Source: Mobula birostris (Eukaryota). Taken from it: a stretch of 64,000 bases of DNA. The notes beneath the pieces were generated by a model. The model did no database searches and was not told where the DNA came from. It was given only the letters and a program-made list of their open reading frames with translations. Below are positions 11,447-25,837 of the stretch, piece after piece (positions within the stretch are counted from its first letter, which is position 1; every line of letters begins with the position of its first letter). Both the position numbers and the translations under genes were made by a program. The DNA lies in NCBI RefSeq assembly GCF_030028105.1, contig NC_092372.1, positions 103,110,687 to 103,174,686 of the forward strand, given 5' to 3'.

Positions 11447-13163
11447 TCAGTTTTTTGGTTTGTGTTGTTTCCCACCTGTAAAATAATTGAATAATTTGTA
11501 TCATTACCCACAGATTTTCAGCATATAGTATCTCAAGCAACAGAATTAAATGAGTTTTCAAACTGACTTTCCACAAAAAGATGCCTTGGAAACTTGCTCA
11601 TACCTCATTGATATTGTAAAAGGTATAAACCAAAATGCATTGTACTGTGTTCAAGTTCATTTCTAACTTCTCACAAAGTTACACCATGCAGGCATGTGAT
11701 GTACCATTGCTGTCTTCCCTGGCATCAACAGTTCATCTGTGTTGATCTGAGTTGAATCACTTTCTGGCACCCATTTACCATCCTATCATCTCTTTACAAG
11801 GATAAATTCTAGAGCAGGCCTTCCCACCTTTTATTGTACTATGGACTTTGTGTTGTGAACCCCTGTTCTAGAGAGTGAACACCATCATTAAGCAAGGGAT
11901 CCATAGACCCCCATGCAGGGAACCCCTGTTCTAGAGAGTAAACACTGTCTGTAGCTCCAACACCAAGATGCTGGAGACCAACCAGGACAAAGCATTCTGT
12001 GCAACTGCCACCCCAATAATTTATTCACCCAACTGCCCCTATTCTATGGCTGCAAACAATGGTGAAAATCATTATTTAATATTTTATTCTAAACATCACT
12101 GGTTAGACGATAAATCATTCTTCATTCATTAATCTCAGCTGGAATTAAAAGGTGTGATAAACAGTATCAGACATCAGTTCTGCAATTAGTAGCTTTATGG
12201 TGACCCAATCTCTACTTCCTGGTCCCTACCACAGTTCCAAGGAACATTAATAATGTGAGAGGCTCAGCTCTGACAGCAAACATGGCGAATGAGTTTGCTG
12301 TCATTCCAGGTTACGGCTGGAATGACAGTGAGGAGCAGACAGCTCCCTCCACTATGAAGGGCCAGAGTCACACAGCAAAAACAATTCTTTACATCTACGT
12401 TACTTAGCAGCTTAAGAGTAAAATTTTGACAAGCACCAAACACTGACCTTTCATGGCTGTTATGAGAGCCTGCAACCACCTGGCATCAGGATCCACACAC
12501 ACTTTCGTCTCATTTTTCAGGGTGACACTGCGAAAAGACAGTATCATTCAAAATTTAATTCACAGAAACAGTTTGTCTTCTCTTGAAGTGCACAGTTTAT
12601 GAAATAAACATCAGAAAAGGAATGAAGTTAAAGTTGATAATCTGGCTGCTTTACTCACATTATCTCTGCTCTCTCACAGTGGGATCCTTTGGGAATGTAC
12701 TTCAAGCTCCTGATGGACCTCGGATGAATAACATCAAAGCTGGTCTGAATGCAGTGGCACCGTCCTTGTGCTCCTGGGATCGGAACACCTGAGGAAAGAT
12801 TATATTCACTCAGATTTCATTGTTGCATCAAGGAGAACAAAGCCTGTAAAACTTGCTGATAATTTCTCCAGTGTTTTTGCTTCATCAAAGCATCACCAGA
12901 CAGGAGCTTGCACATCTCACTCTCAAATGTTGCAGGAAAGCTGCATGAATTAATCTTATATAAATCTGATGCTGATGCAATTTACAGTTACAGAGATTTA
13001 AATATTCCTCACTTTAATTGCTTTCTACATTGTAAACAATACAAGAACCACAAAATAGGTACATCACTTGAATAAAACTCCAGTTCAGATATCTCAACGT
13101 ACCCTGTGCAGCAATGGCACACAGAAGGAGGATGAGGATGGTTACAGTGGCTGTTCTGTCCAT
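11447..13163 (-). CDS. CXC chemokine copy 2, 99 aa; coding exons 13163-13103, 12788-12659, 12527-12448, 11475-11447
   Basis: Copy 1 shifted by 10869 bp; same protein and intact splice sites. Confidence 0.93.
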
Positions 13164-13251
13164 CTTCCACTTTGTACTGCAGACGGATCTTCTGTTCAAT
13201 GCAGCTTTTCTCTGCTGAATCAAGACATGCTGAAACCATTCAGTGAGCTTC

Positions 13252-13649
13252 TATTTATTGGGGCACTCTTCTCCAATTTGCATAATCTCATGCAGGGAAC
13301 TCTGCCAAACACTGACATCCTGAAGCAGGGGATTTCCTGCTCCCAGCTCAGATCTACTTTCACTTCTGTAGCTTTACATTTCAGCATGTGTGTGCTTCAG
13401 AGCTGTAATAGGATTATCTATCAATATAACTGTTGGTTCTGTTGGACTAATTTGAAGATTGATTTGTTTATTTTCAGGAAGAAATGAATAATTCACTTTT
13501 AGCAAAGTTAATGGTGCAAATGAACCAATTGTTTGCTTTCTAGCTTTAAAATTCCAGTTCTGGGCCTTATTCTCACAGGTTTGGAAAGTCTGCATTTCAG
13601 GAGAGCATGCTCACTACAAGATGGAGTTTATACCTGCGGTTTCCGGGAA
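13252..13649 (-). promoter_or_regulatory. Proximal promoter of chemokine copy 2
   Basis: Same motifs as copy 1 at +10869. Confidence 0.75.
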
Positions 13650-15420
13650 ATTGCTCTCCCATTCAAAATCTTCATGTTGCAGCATGTCTCCCAGCTCTTC
13701 AATGTTGCAGGTTTGTAAAATACATAGATATTTCCAACATTTGATACAATCCACACTTTGTCTGAAGAATCAGCATGTTGCTGCATTGGTCCCAGACCTG
13801 GAATCATTCTTAAAACTTATCCATCCTCAGTGTTCACATTCTAAATCCCTGTACACCTCAGCGCTGAGATTAAAGTTTTCGGGAATCCCAAATCATACTC
13901 AGCGCACAGATAGGCTTATAGCGATGCTGAAGCTGCTGTTTTTCAGCTCCAGGAGTCTTGAGGATGTGTTTACTTATACCTTCAGGATATGCAGTCTTTG
14001 CTGTATAGAATAATGTCTAGTCCTCAAGCCATTCTATACCTGATGACAACTACATTTCAATATTCTCAAAAGCACACACAAAATACTGGAGGAACTCAGC
14101 AAGTCAGGCAGTTTTGCGCAGATGTGAACTTTTAGGACGTATAGAATAGAGCCTGGTCTCTGAAGCATGCTATATTCTTTGATAACTACCATTGAATAAG
14201 CTTACTCAATTAAACGTTTAAACCTCAAGTATTATACTCAATTATTCTCTGGAATTTATTTAACACTTCCCCAATGTCTCTACCAGTCCCATACACGAGT
14301 GATAGGATATATTATGTATAGATAGTGGGTTTATATGTGAGCAAAAATATTTGTGTGGAGAATAGTGTGGGATAAGTTGGACAATATTGCAAGATCTGAC
14401 CAGATTATTATGTGCTGTAATAAGGCTTTTGCTGGAATATTTGCTGCAGCAACAACTGTTCATTGTGCTCGTCATCCAAGAGTGACGAAACATCAGCTTC
14501 AGGGCTTTCTGGAGCTGGTTCAAGTTTTAGTTCCCAGATTTGTGAATTGTGGAGCCTGGAGCCGTGTTGACTCCTCCCCCTGGGGAAAGTACAAACATCA
14601 GTGAAATTCAGAACTGCAGCACAGATTGCAGCCCGTGTTTGTGAGGCCACGTGATCTCCAGGAAGTCAGCTTGTTCGACACTTCATGATGTTCTATATAT
14701 TGAAGTCTACACTTGTTCCTGTTTGCTTATCATTTGAAATACATCACAACAAACAAAAAGACTATTCCCAGATCAGCCATGTTACAAGCACGTTGGAGTA
14801 AACAGAAGCAATCTGTTTTAAGTGTGTATAGTATTTTTTACTGTTCTCCATTAACAAAGATAATGAGTTTCACGGGAGGTACAAGGCCAGGAGCCAACTT
14901 CTACTGCACTGGTAAAATGAATTGTTAATATATTAAATTCACCCATATCAGTAGTTCATGAAAATCAACAAATTAATCAGCATGTCTAAAATTCATCACA
15001 CAGGCACGTGTTTTTTTTTCAGAAAACCTGCACTTGACAACACGAGATTCCTGTACAACACTAGCAGTATATTCAATGTCAGAATCTGCTTCCCTTTCTT
15101 TGGCTGTTGCATCCAATAATTTCCAAAGTTATGTTTTGATGCAGCTCTTTCAATACCACATAGCTACTTTGCCCAGGTTGCAGAGGTGGACCCAGTGTAA
15201 TCAGTCTCCAAGTAGATTTAAACTGAACTATGTGAGGAATACAAAAGTGAATTGATTTTCTCAGCATTGGCGGCCAAAGCAGTTTAAATTCTGATCCTGA
15301 CTTTGCTTAACCGCACATACTGTTAAAAAGAGACAGTACATATCCATCCTCAGTCTATCAGATTTCACTGACACACTGACGTCCATTCCAGTGTCAGGTG
15401 TGATAGGATTTGCAATGTTA

Positions 15421-17885
15421 GGGGCAAACTCCCATACTCCCATACTGTTAGAGTCTAGATGGTTTAGAGTTTGTAAAATGTGTTCAGGAAAGTTTTCTAA
15501 ATCAATATATAGAGGGACCAACTAGAGGGGATGCAATATTGGATCTCCTGTTAGGAAACGAGTTAGGACAAGTGACGGAAGTCTGTGTAGGGGAGCACTT
15601 TGGTTCCAGTGATCTTAACACCATAAGTTTCAATTTGATCATGGATAAGGATAGATCTGGTCCTAGGGTTGAAGTTCTGAACTGGAAGAAGGCCAAATTT
15701 GAAGAAATGAGAAAGGATCTAAAAAGCGTGGATTGGGACAGGTTGTTCTCTGGCAAAGATGTGATTGGTAGGTGGGAAGCCTTCAAAGGGGAAATTTTGA
15801 GAGTGCAGAGTTTGTATGTTCCTGTCAGGATTAAAGGCAAATTGAATAGGAATAAGGAACCTTGGTTCTCAAGGGATATTGCAACTCTGATAAAGAAGAA
15901 GAGGGAGTTGTATGAAACCTATAGGAAACAGGGAGTAAATTAGGTTCTTGAGGAGTATAAGAAGTGCAAGAAAATACTTAATTAAGAAAGTAATCAGAAG
16001 GGCTAAAAGAAGACATGAAGTTGCCTTGGCAGTCAAAGTGAAGGAAAATCCAAAGAGCTTTTGCAGGTATATTAAGAGCAAAAGGATTGTAAGGGATAAA
16101 ACTGGTCTTCTTGAAGATCAGAGTGGTCGGCTATGTGCGGAACCAAAGGAAATGGGGGAAATCTTAAATAGGTTTTTTGCGTCTGTATTTACTAAGGAAA
16201 CTGGCATGAAGTCTATGGAATTGAGGGAATCAAGTAGTGAGATCATGGAAACTGTACAGATTGAAAAGGAGGAGGTGCTTGCTGTCTTGAGGAAAATTAA
16301 GGTGGATAAATCCCCAGGACCTGACAGAGTGTTCCCTCGGACCTTGAAGGAGACTAGTGTTGAAATTGCGGGGGCCCTGGCAGAAATATTTAAAATGTCG
16401 CTGTCTACGGGTGAGGTGCCGGAGGATTGGAGAGTGGCTCATGTTGTTCCGTTGTTTGAAAAAGGATTGAAAAGTAATCCGGGAGATTATAGGCCGGTGA
16501 GTTTAACGTCGGTAGTAGGTAGGTTATTGGAGGGAGTACTAAGAGACAGAATCTGCAAGCATTTGGATAGACAGGGACTTATTAGGGAGAGTCAACATGG
16601 CTTTGTGCGTGGTAGGTCATGTTTGACGAATCTATTGGAGTTTTTCGAGGAGGTTACCAGGAAAGTGGATGAAGGGAAGGCAGTGGATATTGTCTACATG
16701 GACTTCAGTAAGGCCTTTGACAAGGTCCCGCATGAGAGGTTAGTTAGGAAAATTCAGTCGCTAGGTATACATGGAGAGGTGGTAAATTGGATTAGACATT
16801 GGCTCAATGGAAGAAGCCAAAGAGTGGTGGTAGAGAATTGCTTCTCTGAGTGGAGGCCTGTGACTAGTGGTGTGCCACAGGGATCAGTGCTGGGTCCATT
16901 GTTATTTGCCATCTATATCAATGATCTGGATGATAATGTGGTAAATTGGATCAGCAAATTTGCTGATGATACAAAGATTGGAGGTGTAGTAGACAGTGAG
17001 GAAGGTTCTCAGAGCCTGCAGAGGGACTTGGACCAGCTGGGAAAATGGGCTGAAAAATGGCAGATGGAGTTTAATACAGACTAGTGTGAGGTATTGCACG
17101 TTGGAAGGACAAACCAAGGTAGAACATACAGGGTTAATGGTAAGGCACTGAGGAGTGCAGTAGAATAGAAGGATCTGGGAATACAGATACAAAATTCCCT
17201 AAAAGTGGCGTCACAAGTAGATAGGGTCGTAAAGAGAGCTTTTGGTACATTGGCCTTTATTAATCAAAGTACTGACTATAAGAGCTGGAATGTTGTGATG
17301 AGGTTGTATAAGGCATTGGTGAGGCCGAATCTGGACTATTGTGTTCAGTTTTGGTCACCAAATTACAGGAAGGATATAAATAAGGTTGAAAGAGTGCAGA
17401 GAAGCTTTACAAGGATGTTGCCAGGACTTGAGAAACTCAGTTACAGAGAAAGGTTGAATAGGTTAGGACTTTATTCCCTGGAGCGTAGAAGAATGAGGGG
17501 AGATTTGACAGAGGTATATAAAATTATGATGGGTATAGATAGAGTGAATGCAAGCAGGCTTTTTCCACTGAGGCAAGGGGAGAAAAAAAACAGAGGACAT
17601 GGGTTAAGGATGAGGGTGAAAAGTTTAAAGGGAACATTAGGGGGGGCTTCTTCACACAGAGAGTGGTGGGAGTATGGAATGAGCTGCCAGACGAGGTGGT
17701 AAATGTGGGTTCTTTATTAGCATTTAAGAATAAATTGGACAGATACATGGATGGGAGGTGTATGGAGGGATATGGTCCGTGTGCAGGTCAGTGGGACTAG
17801 GCAGAAAATGGTTCGGCACAGCCAAGAAGGGCCAAAAGGCCGGTTTCTGTGCTGTAGTTTCTATGGTTTCTATGGTTTTCTATGG
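15421..17885 (+). mobile_element. CR1-clade LINE, duplicate of 4552-7016
   Basis: Same element at +10869 with about 2 substitutions seen. Confidence 0.93.
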
Positions 17886-18929
17886 TTAGAGTTTCCAAAT
17901 GTTCGACTTCATTCAGAAAATTATTCTTTCAGGTTCCCACTCCGGATACCAGGTACACACTCAGTTTGGGGTTGATGGCTACTGGCAGTATTTTTGGGAG
18001 GTAAGGACCTCCCATGTACGGTTGAGCCTGAATAAAGAGACACTTTTGTATCTAGACCACATCAATACATCAATATTCCAGACCCTTGTGCCCAGGAACA
18101 ATTCACGGACCATTCAGAAATCTGATGGTGGAGGGGAAGAAGGTGCTCTAAAACACTGAGAGTTTATCTTTAGGTTCCTATGCTTCCTCCCTGATTATAG
18201 TCAGAAGAAGAGGTCACACCACTAATGTTGGACATCCTGAAAGATAGACTCTGTATCCTGGACAAAACGTATTTAGAAGGTGTTCTCGATGGTGGGTGGG
18301 CAGATGCCCGTGATGGGCCAGGCTGAAACAACGACCTCTGCAGGCTCTTACAATCCTGTCTATTGGTGTACACAGTCTAATTCAAGTGAATTAGCAATTG
18401 AACATCAGCTAGCACATGGGCTTCACACAGCAAGTTCTTGATATAGTGCGAAGGGGGACAACTACAAAGTGAGTTCTTCCACACTGGAATTAATGCTCAC
18501 ACGTAAGAGGGAAGATGTTCAAACACAATATGATNNNNNNNNNNNNNNNNNNNNNNNNNNNNNNNNNNNNNNNNNNNNNNNNNNNNNNNNNNNNNNNNNN
18601 NNNNNNNNNNNNNNNNNNNNNNNNNNNNNNNNNNNNNNNNNNNNNNNNNNNNNNNNNNNNNNNNNNNNNNNNNNNNNNNNNNNNNNNNNNNNNNNNNNNN
18701 NNNNNNNNNNNNNNNNNNNNNNNNNNNNNNNNNNNNNNNNNNNNNNNNNNNNNNNNNNNNNNNNNNNNNNNNNNNNGTTATCCACCCTCCTGTTAATGAG
18801 CCATTGAGTTTAAGGGACAGTTGGGATTAACAATTAGTGATAACCTGTGAATTAGCAGTAAGAAATATGACATTTAATGGTCCATGCTGGACACTTGAGC
18901 TATTCTTAATGCCAACTTCAGTTTTCTCA

Positions 18930-20793
18930 CATAGAACATAGAACACATAACAGTACACCACTATACAAGCCATTTGGCTCATGATGTTGTGTCGACATTT
19001 TAACTTCCTCCTAAATCACTCCAGTGCTTTCCACAAACATTGACTTCCATTTTTCTTCCATCCACGTGCCTATCATAAATGCCTTTAATATATCTACCTT
19101 CAACACCACCCCGACATCTTGTTTCATGCAGCCATCAATCCCTGTACAAAAAACGTAGCTCTGACCTGCACCTATACTTTACTCTAATCACCTTAAAATT
19201 AAGTCCTCTCATATTTACTTCCCGGGAAAAGGGCACTGAATGTTCACTCTGTTAATGTCTCTCACCATTGTTTACACTGCTGTAAAATCAACTCTCGCCC
19301 TCCTACTTCCAAAGAGGAAAACCCAAGCCTGCTCAACCTTTCCTCATAATACATGATGTCTAATCCAGCCCATCTCCTCTGCAACCTCTCTGAAGCTTCC
19401 CCGTCCTCACTACAATGAGGCAATCAGAAATGAGCACAATATTTTAAGTATGGTCTAATCAGAGTTGTCCAGAAATGCAAAATTATCTTGTAACTCTTCA
19501 ACTCTGTTATTCAACTTCTGAAAGGCAAAACATCATGGCGTTCTCAAACACTTTACCAATCTGCACATCATTTTTGAAAGATATACATACATGGACCCCA
19601 CAATCACTTTGTTCCTCCACACTGCTACGAATTCTGCCATTAACCCTGTACCTGGCCTTCAAGTTCAAACTCACAAAATGTATCACTTCACACTTTTCCA
19701 GATCAAACTCCATCTCCCACTTATGCATCCTTCAATTTCCGATTATAACCTACGGCAACCTTCCACACTATCCACAACATCGCCAACCCTTGCAACACCC
19801 AGAAACTTACTAAGCTGTCCAACTACTTACTCATCCAAGTCATTTATAAATATCACAAAGAACAAGGCTCTCATAACAGATCACTGTGAAACACCTCTGG
19901 ATACCAACCTGCAGGCAGAATATGCTCCATCTACTACCACCCTCTGCCTTCTGTGGGCAAGCCAATTCTGTATCCATGAGGGCAGTTCTCCGTGCATCCC
20001 ATGCCTCCTAACTTTCCGAGTGAGCATACTATTGGGAGCCTTCTCAACTACCTTACTAAAAGCCATATACACCACATCCACTGCTCTGTCTTAATCAAAT
20101 TGTATGCTCATTTCCTTGCAGAATTCAATCAGGCTTGTGAGACATGATCTGTCCTTTGCAAACTCACACTGACTATCCCTGATCAAGTCTATGCTTCTCC
20201 AAATGTAAATCCTGTCTCAAAGACTTCTCTCCAATCATTTTCCCACCAATGGCATAAGATTCACAGATCTATCATTCCGAAGTTTATCCAAATTACCTTA
20301 CTTGAACAAAGAAATAATATTTGTCCATCTCCAATCTTCTGGCACTACTATTGTGAACAGTAAGAATGCAAAGATCATCACTAAAGGTGCAGCAATCTCT
20401 TCTCTTGCTCTCTCAGTACCCGGGGTAAACCTTGTTCAGTCACAGGGAATTACCTATCCGAATGTTTCTCAAGAGTTCTACACATCCTCTTTCTTAATGT
20501 TGACATGTCACAGCCTGTTCAATGATAACCTCACATTTGTGAAGCTTCCTCCCGCTGGTGAATGGTGAAACAAAGCATTCATTGAGGACCTCCCCTGATC
20601 CTTCAAATAAAAGTATGTTTCCACTCTTATCTCTGACGGTCATAACTCAAGCTAATCATCCTCTGGTTCTTCACATACAGTACATGTAGAATGAGCTGAT
20701 GTTTTCCTTAATCTTACTCACCAAGGTCTTCTCATATCCTTTTCTGGCTCTCCAAAATCCAGTCTTAATCTCCTCCTGGCTACCTTACAATTC
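18930..20793 (-). mobile_element. Old degraded CR1 LINE, duplicate of 7997-9860
   Basis: Same sequence at +10933. Confidence 0.8.
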
Positions 20794-22378
20794 TTAAAGC
20801 CCAAAATTTCAGTTTCTGGTCTGATGTTAATTGCACTGCAGATCCGGCTTGCCTGTGTTAAGTTACAATGACAGGTATGTCAATTGCCCTGACAAAGAAT
20901 CTTCTGTCTCAACGATTCAACAATTCAGTGACATTGTACTAATCTGTGCCCTTCATCTGTGCAATTGACTAAATGTCACAACTATCTCAGTGTGTTTTAA
21001 CCAAGATGAGTTCAGCGATTTCAATTTACCGGCATTTCAGGCGTTGTATGCAAATATTTAAAGTGTCATGAGGCAAACTTGAGCTCAACTATATAGCACT
21101 ATATACATTGTACATTGTGCTTATGATAATTATCCCTTGAAAATATCACCCATTCTCTTAATTCTCCGAATACAAAACATTAAATTTAAGCTGAAAGTTT
21201 TGAAACCCGCTAAAATTCCCCACAGCCATTGTGCAGATTTGGCTGAGGACGCACTGATCTTCATTCTTTAATTAGTTCATTTATTAAATGAAGAAACTCA
21301 GAACCATATACTGAAGATTCAGAACCACTGACAACAAATTCTTTTTTAGAAATACAATTTATTTTAATTTCTTAAATACATTTGAGGAATGTTCAACAAA
21401 TTCATTCACATATAACAAAAGTCCAGCTTTGATCGATAATAAACTGAATCCAGTCAGTAAAAGTTCCCTCAAGACAAAATATTTCCATCCACATATAAAG
21501 TTTATTCTTACTTAAAACTTTTATTTCATCCAGTGATTATCAGACTATTAGCAGCACTATCTTCTAAAATGTAGATATTTTACATAAAAATTACATCAGT
21601 GGAGAGTTTACTTCAAATGATTCTAGATAGATTCTAAAATCTGACGCTTTACAAAAAAAACACCATATTTTCATGAAAATATCAACTGTCAAAAACTTGC
21701 AGTAAAAAGGCACAAGGTGATTTCAGACATTTTTACTGTTATTTCTATAGAAGAATGTTTCATTCAAATTAGAACACTTTTGGTCCAATGTACTGCCATC
21801 AGTATATCATCATTTCCGAAAGAATTTAAGCAGGAAAGGGGAAGGTAGGAGTGGGAATTGTTGTAAACAATCCCATGGGTCCTCCTGCTTTAATTTCAGG
21901 GATGGCAGAGAGCACAGTCCACCACCCATCACTGGCTTCCCTTGCGGACTGAGATCATTTTAACTCTGTAGTCATGGAGATTCATCCACCATCTTAGTTT
22001 AATACCACCATCACCTCCCAACCTGATAGCCAATATTATATTTTAGCAAATGACTCCAGACTCATTTACACTTTTTCACAAGGTCACAGGTCCAGAATCT
22101 AGTTTAATTACCAGAAATTGCACAAGAACCCTATGATTTTCGCAAAGTGTAACACAAACATCAGATGGTGTCCTCAAATGCAAACAGGTCGTGTGTCCAG
22201 GTAAAAAAATGTCCTGTGACAGTGGGGAACAGCAAGATCACTCTCCGAAGACAATGAAGAGGAGACACTGGAATGAACCATTGGATGGTGATATCACAGA
22301 GTCAACACCCAGGGCTGAGCTTCCATCATTCCCCATCGGATAAACTAGAGATGGAATTCATTCGCTCATTTTGCAGCT

Positions 22379-24095
22379 TCAGTTTTTTGATTTGTGTTGT
22401 TTCCCACCTGTAAAATAATTGAATAATTTGTATCATTACCCACAGATTTTCAGCATATAGTATCTCAAGCAACAGAATTAAATGAGTTTTCAAACTGACT
22501 TTCCACAAAAAGATGCCTTGGAAACTTGCTCATACCTCATTGATATTGTAAAAGGTATAAACCAAAATGCATTGTACTGTGTTCAAGTTCATTTCTAACT
22601 TCTCACAAAGTTACACCATGCAGGCATGTGATGTACCATTGCTGTCTTCCCTGGCATCAACAGTTCATCTGTGTTGATCTGAGTTGAATCACTTTCTGGC
22701 ACCCATTTACCATCCTATCATCTCTTGACAAGGAAAAATTCTAGAGCAGGCCTTCCCACCTTTTATTGTACTATGGACTTTGTGTTGTGAACCCCGGTTC
22801 TAGAGAGTGAACACCATCATTAAGCAAGGGATCCATAGACCCCCATGCAGGGAACCCCTGTTCTAGAGAGTAAACACTGTCTGTAGCTCCAACACCAAGA
22901 TGCTGGAGACCAACCAGGACAAAGCATTCTGTGCAACTGCCACCCCAATAATTTATTCACCCAACTGCCCCTATTCTATGGCTGCAAACAATGGTGAAAA
23001 TCATTATTTAATATTTTATTCTAAACATCACTGGTTAGACGATAAATCATTCTTCATTCATTAATCTCAGCTGGAATTAAAAGGTGTGATAAACAGTATC
23101 AGACATCAGTTCTGCAATTAATAGCTTCATGGTGACCCAATCTCTACTTCCTGGTCCCTACCACAGTTCCAAGGAACATTAATAATGTGAGAGGCTCAGC
23201 TCTGACAGCAAACATGGCGAATGAGTTTGCTGTCATTCCAGGTTACGGCTGGAATGACAGTGAGGAGCAGACAGCTCCCTCCACTATGAAGGGCCAGAGT
23301 CACACAGCAAAAACAATTCTTTACATCTACGTTACTTAGCAGCTTAAGAGTAAAATTTTGACAAGCACCAAACACTGACCTTTCATGGCTGTTATGAGAG
23401 CCTGCAACCACCTGGCATCAGGATCCACACACACTTTCGTCTCATTTTTCAGGGTGACACTGCGAAAAGACAGTATCATTCAAAATTTAATTCACAGAAA
23501 CAGTATGTCTTCTCTTGAAGTGCACAGTTTATGAAATAAACATCAGAAAAGGAATGAAGTTAAAGTTGATAATCTGGCTGCTTTACTCACATTATCTCTG
23601 CTCTCTCACAGTGGGATCCTTTGGGAATGTATTTCAAGCTCCTGATGGACGTCGGATGAATAACATCAAAGCTGGTCTGAATGCAGTGGCACCGTCCTTG
23701 TGCTCCTGGGATCGGAACACCTGAGGAAAGATTATATTCACTTAGATTTCATTGTTGCTTCAAGGAGAACAAAGCCTGTAAAACTTGCTGATAATTTCTC
23801 CAGTGTTTTTGCTTCATCAAAGCATCACCAGACAGGAGCTTGCACATCTCACTCTCAAATGTTGCAGGAAAGCTGCATGAATTAATCTTATATAAATCTG
23901 ATGCTGATGCAATTTACAGTTACAGATATTTAAATATTTCTCACTTTAATTGCTTTCTACATTGTAAACAATACAAGAACCACAAAATAGGTACATCACT
24001 TGAATAAAACTCCAGTTCAGATATCTCAACGTACCCTGTGCAGCAATGGCACACAGAAGGAGGATGAGGATGGTTACAGTGGCTGTTCTGTCCAT
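22379..24095 (-). CDS. CXC chemokine copy 3, 99 aa; coding exons 24095-24035, 23720-23591, 23459-23380, 22407-22379
   Basis: Copy 1 shifted by 21801 bp; differs by HPRS->HPTS in exon 2 and tail KPKN->KSKN; splice sites and 4 Cys intact. Confidence 0.93.
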
Positions 24096-24183
24096 CTTCC
24101 ACTTTGTACTGCAGACGGATCTTCTGTTCAATGCAGCTGTTCTCTGCTGAATCAAGACATGCTGAAACCATTCAGTGAGCTTC

Positions 24184-24581
24184 TATTTATTGGGGCACTC
24201 TTCTCCAATTTGCATAATCTCATGCAGGGAACACTGCCAAACACTGACGTCCTGAAGCAGGGGATTCCCTGCTCCCAGTTCAGATCTACTTTCACTTCTG
24301 TAGCTTTACATTTCAGCATGTGTGTGCTTCAGAGCCTTAATAGGATTATCTATCAATATAACTGTTGATTCTGTTGGATTAATTTAAAGATTGATTTGTC
24401 TATTTTCAGAATGAAATGAATAATTCACTTTTAGCAAAGTTAATGGTGCAAATGAACCAATTGTTTGCTTTCTAGCTTTAAAATTCCAGTTCTGGGCCTT
24501 ATTCTCACAGGTTTGGAAAGTCTGCAGTTCAGGAGAGCATGCTCACTACAAGATGGAGTTTATACCTGCGATTTCTGGGAA
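24184..24581 (-). promoter_or_regulatory. Proximal promoter of chemokine copy 3
   Basis: TATA-like, octamer, kB variant GGGGATTCCC, IRF element, GAS variant TTCTGGGAA (24573-24581), CRE-like TGACGTCC. Confidence 0.72.
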
Positions 24582-25031
24582 ATTGCTCTCCCATTCAAAA
24601 TCTTCATGTTGCAGCATGTCTCCCAGCTCTTCAATGTTGCAGGTTTGGAAAATACATAGATATTTCCAACATTTGATACAATCCACACTTTGTCTGAGGA
24701 ATCAGCATGTTGCTGCATTGGTCCCAGACCTGGAATCATTCTTAAAACTTATCCATCCTCAGTGTTCAAATTCTAACTGTTTGCTCTGCCGGCCTCACTC
24801 AGTTGCCATACAGCAAACGTGCATTGCCTCATCCTCTCCCCGAGTCTGCAAATCCTAAAGCATGCTCCACACTACAGAACTCATTTACCTACAGTATGCC
24901 CTCCTCTTCCAGAATCTCTTTGCCACCAAACTCTGCCTGAAGCCTCTTATACAATGTTTTCATCCAGGTTTCATTTCAGAATCAGCCAGGATAATTCAGA
25001 TTGTGTTCCAAAAAAAAATGCAGATATCAGT

Positions 25032-25837
25032 CAACACACATAGAAGTTGCTGGTGAACGCAGCAGGCCAGGCTGCATCTCCAGGAAGTGGTACAGTCGAC
25101 GTTTCGGGCCGAGACCCGTCGTCAGGACTAACTGAAAGAAGAGCTGGTAAGAGATTTGAAAGTAGGAGGGGGAGGGGAGATCCGAAATGATAGGAGAAAA
25201 CAGGAGGGGGAGGGATGGAGCCAAGAGTTGGACAGTTGATTGGCAAATGGGATATGAGAGGATCATGGGACAGGACGCCTAGGGAGAAAGAAAAGGGGGA
25301 GGGGGGAAAACCCAGAGGATGGGCAAGGGGTATAGTCAGAGGGACAGAGGGAGAAAAAAAAGTTAGAGACAAAGAATGTGTGTATATAAATAACTAAATA
25401 ATGGATGGGGTACGAGGGGGAGGTGGGGCATAAACGGAAGTTTGAGAAGTCAATGTTCATGCCATCAGGTTGGAGGCTACCCAGACGGAATATAAGGTGT
25501 TGTTCCTCCAACCTGAGTGTGGCTTCATCTTTACAGTAGAGGAGGCCGTGGATAGACCTATCAGAATGGGAATGGGACGTGCAATTAAAATGTTTGGCCA
25601 CTGGGAGATCCTGCTTTCTCTGGCGGACAGAGCATAGTGTTCAGCGAAATGGGTCTTGCTAATATATAGAAGACCACATCGGGAGCACCGGATGCAGTAT
25701 ATCACCCCTGCTGACTCACAGGCGAAGTGTCGTCGACTGTCCCTCTTCCTAGAGATGCTGCCTGGCCTGCTGTGTTCACCAGCAACTTTTATGTGCGTTG
25801 CTTGAAATTCCAGCATCTGCAGAATTCCTCATGGTTG
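25032..25837 (-). mobile_element. Penelope-like element fragment (GIY-YIG C-terminus plus pLTR, with an inverted partial pLTR)
   Basis: Minus-strand GVIYCIRCSRCGLLYI..T and AKHFN..SHSHSD..LRLEEQHLIFRLGSLQPDGMNIDF; 25730-25800 is an inverted copy of 25032-25100; 13-bp TSD TGCAGATATCAGT (25019-25031, 25838-25850); empty site near 35885-35897. Confidence 0.9.
25094..25129 (-). ncRNA. Minimal type I hammerhead ribozyme motif in the Penelope pLTR
   Basis: Minus strand reads AGUC-CUGACGA-C-GGGUCUCGGCCC-GAAAC-GUC-GACU: stem I AGUC/GACU, CUGANGA and GAAA cores, stem II GGG/CCC, GUC cleavage triplet, vestigial stem III. Confidence 0.75.

Larger units (their letters stand above)
1..24775. repeat. Tandem segmental duplication, unit ~10.87-10.93 kb, about 2.3 copies
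   Basis: Sequence and ORF track recur at +10869 (+10933 after the N gap) and +21801 with only scattered substitutions. Confidence 0.97.
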
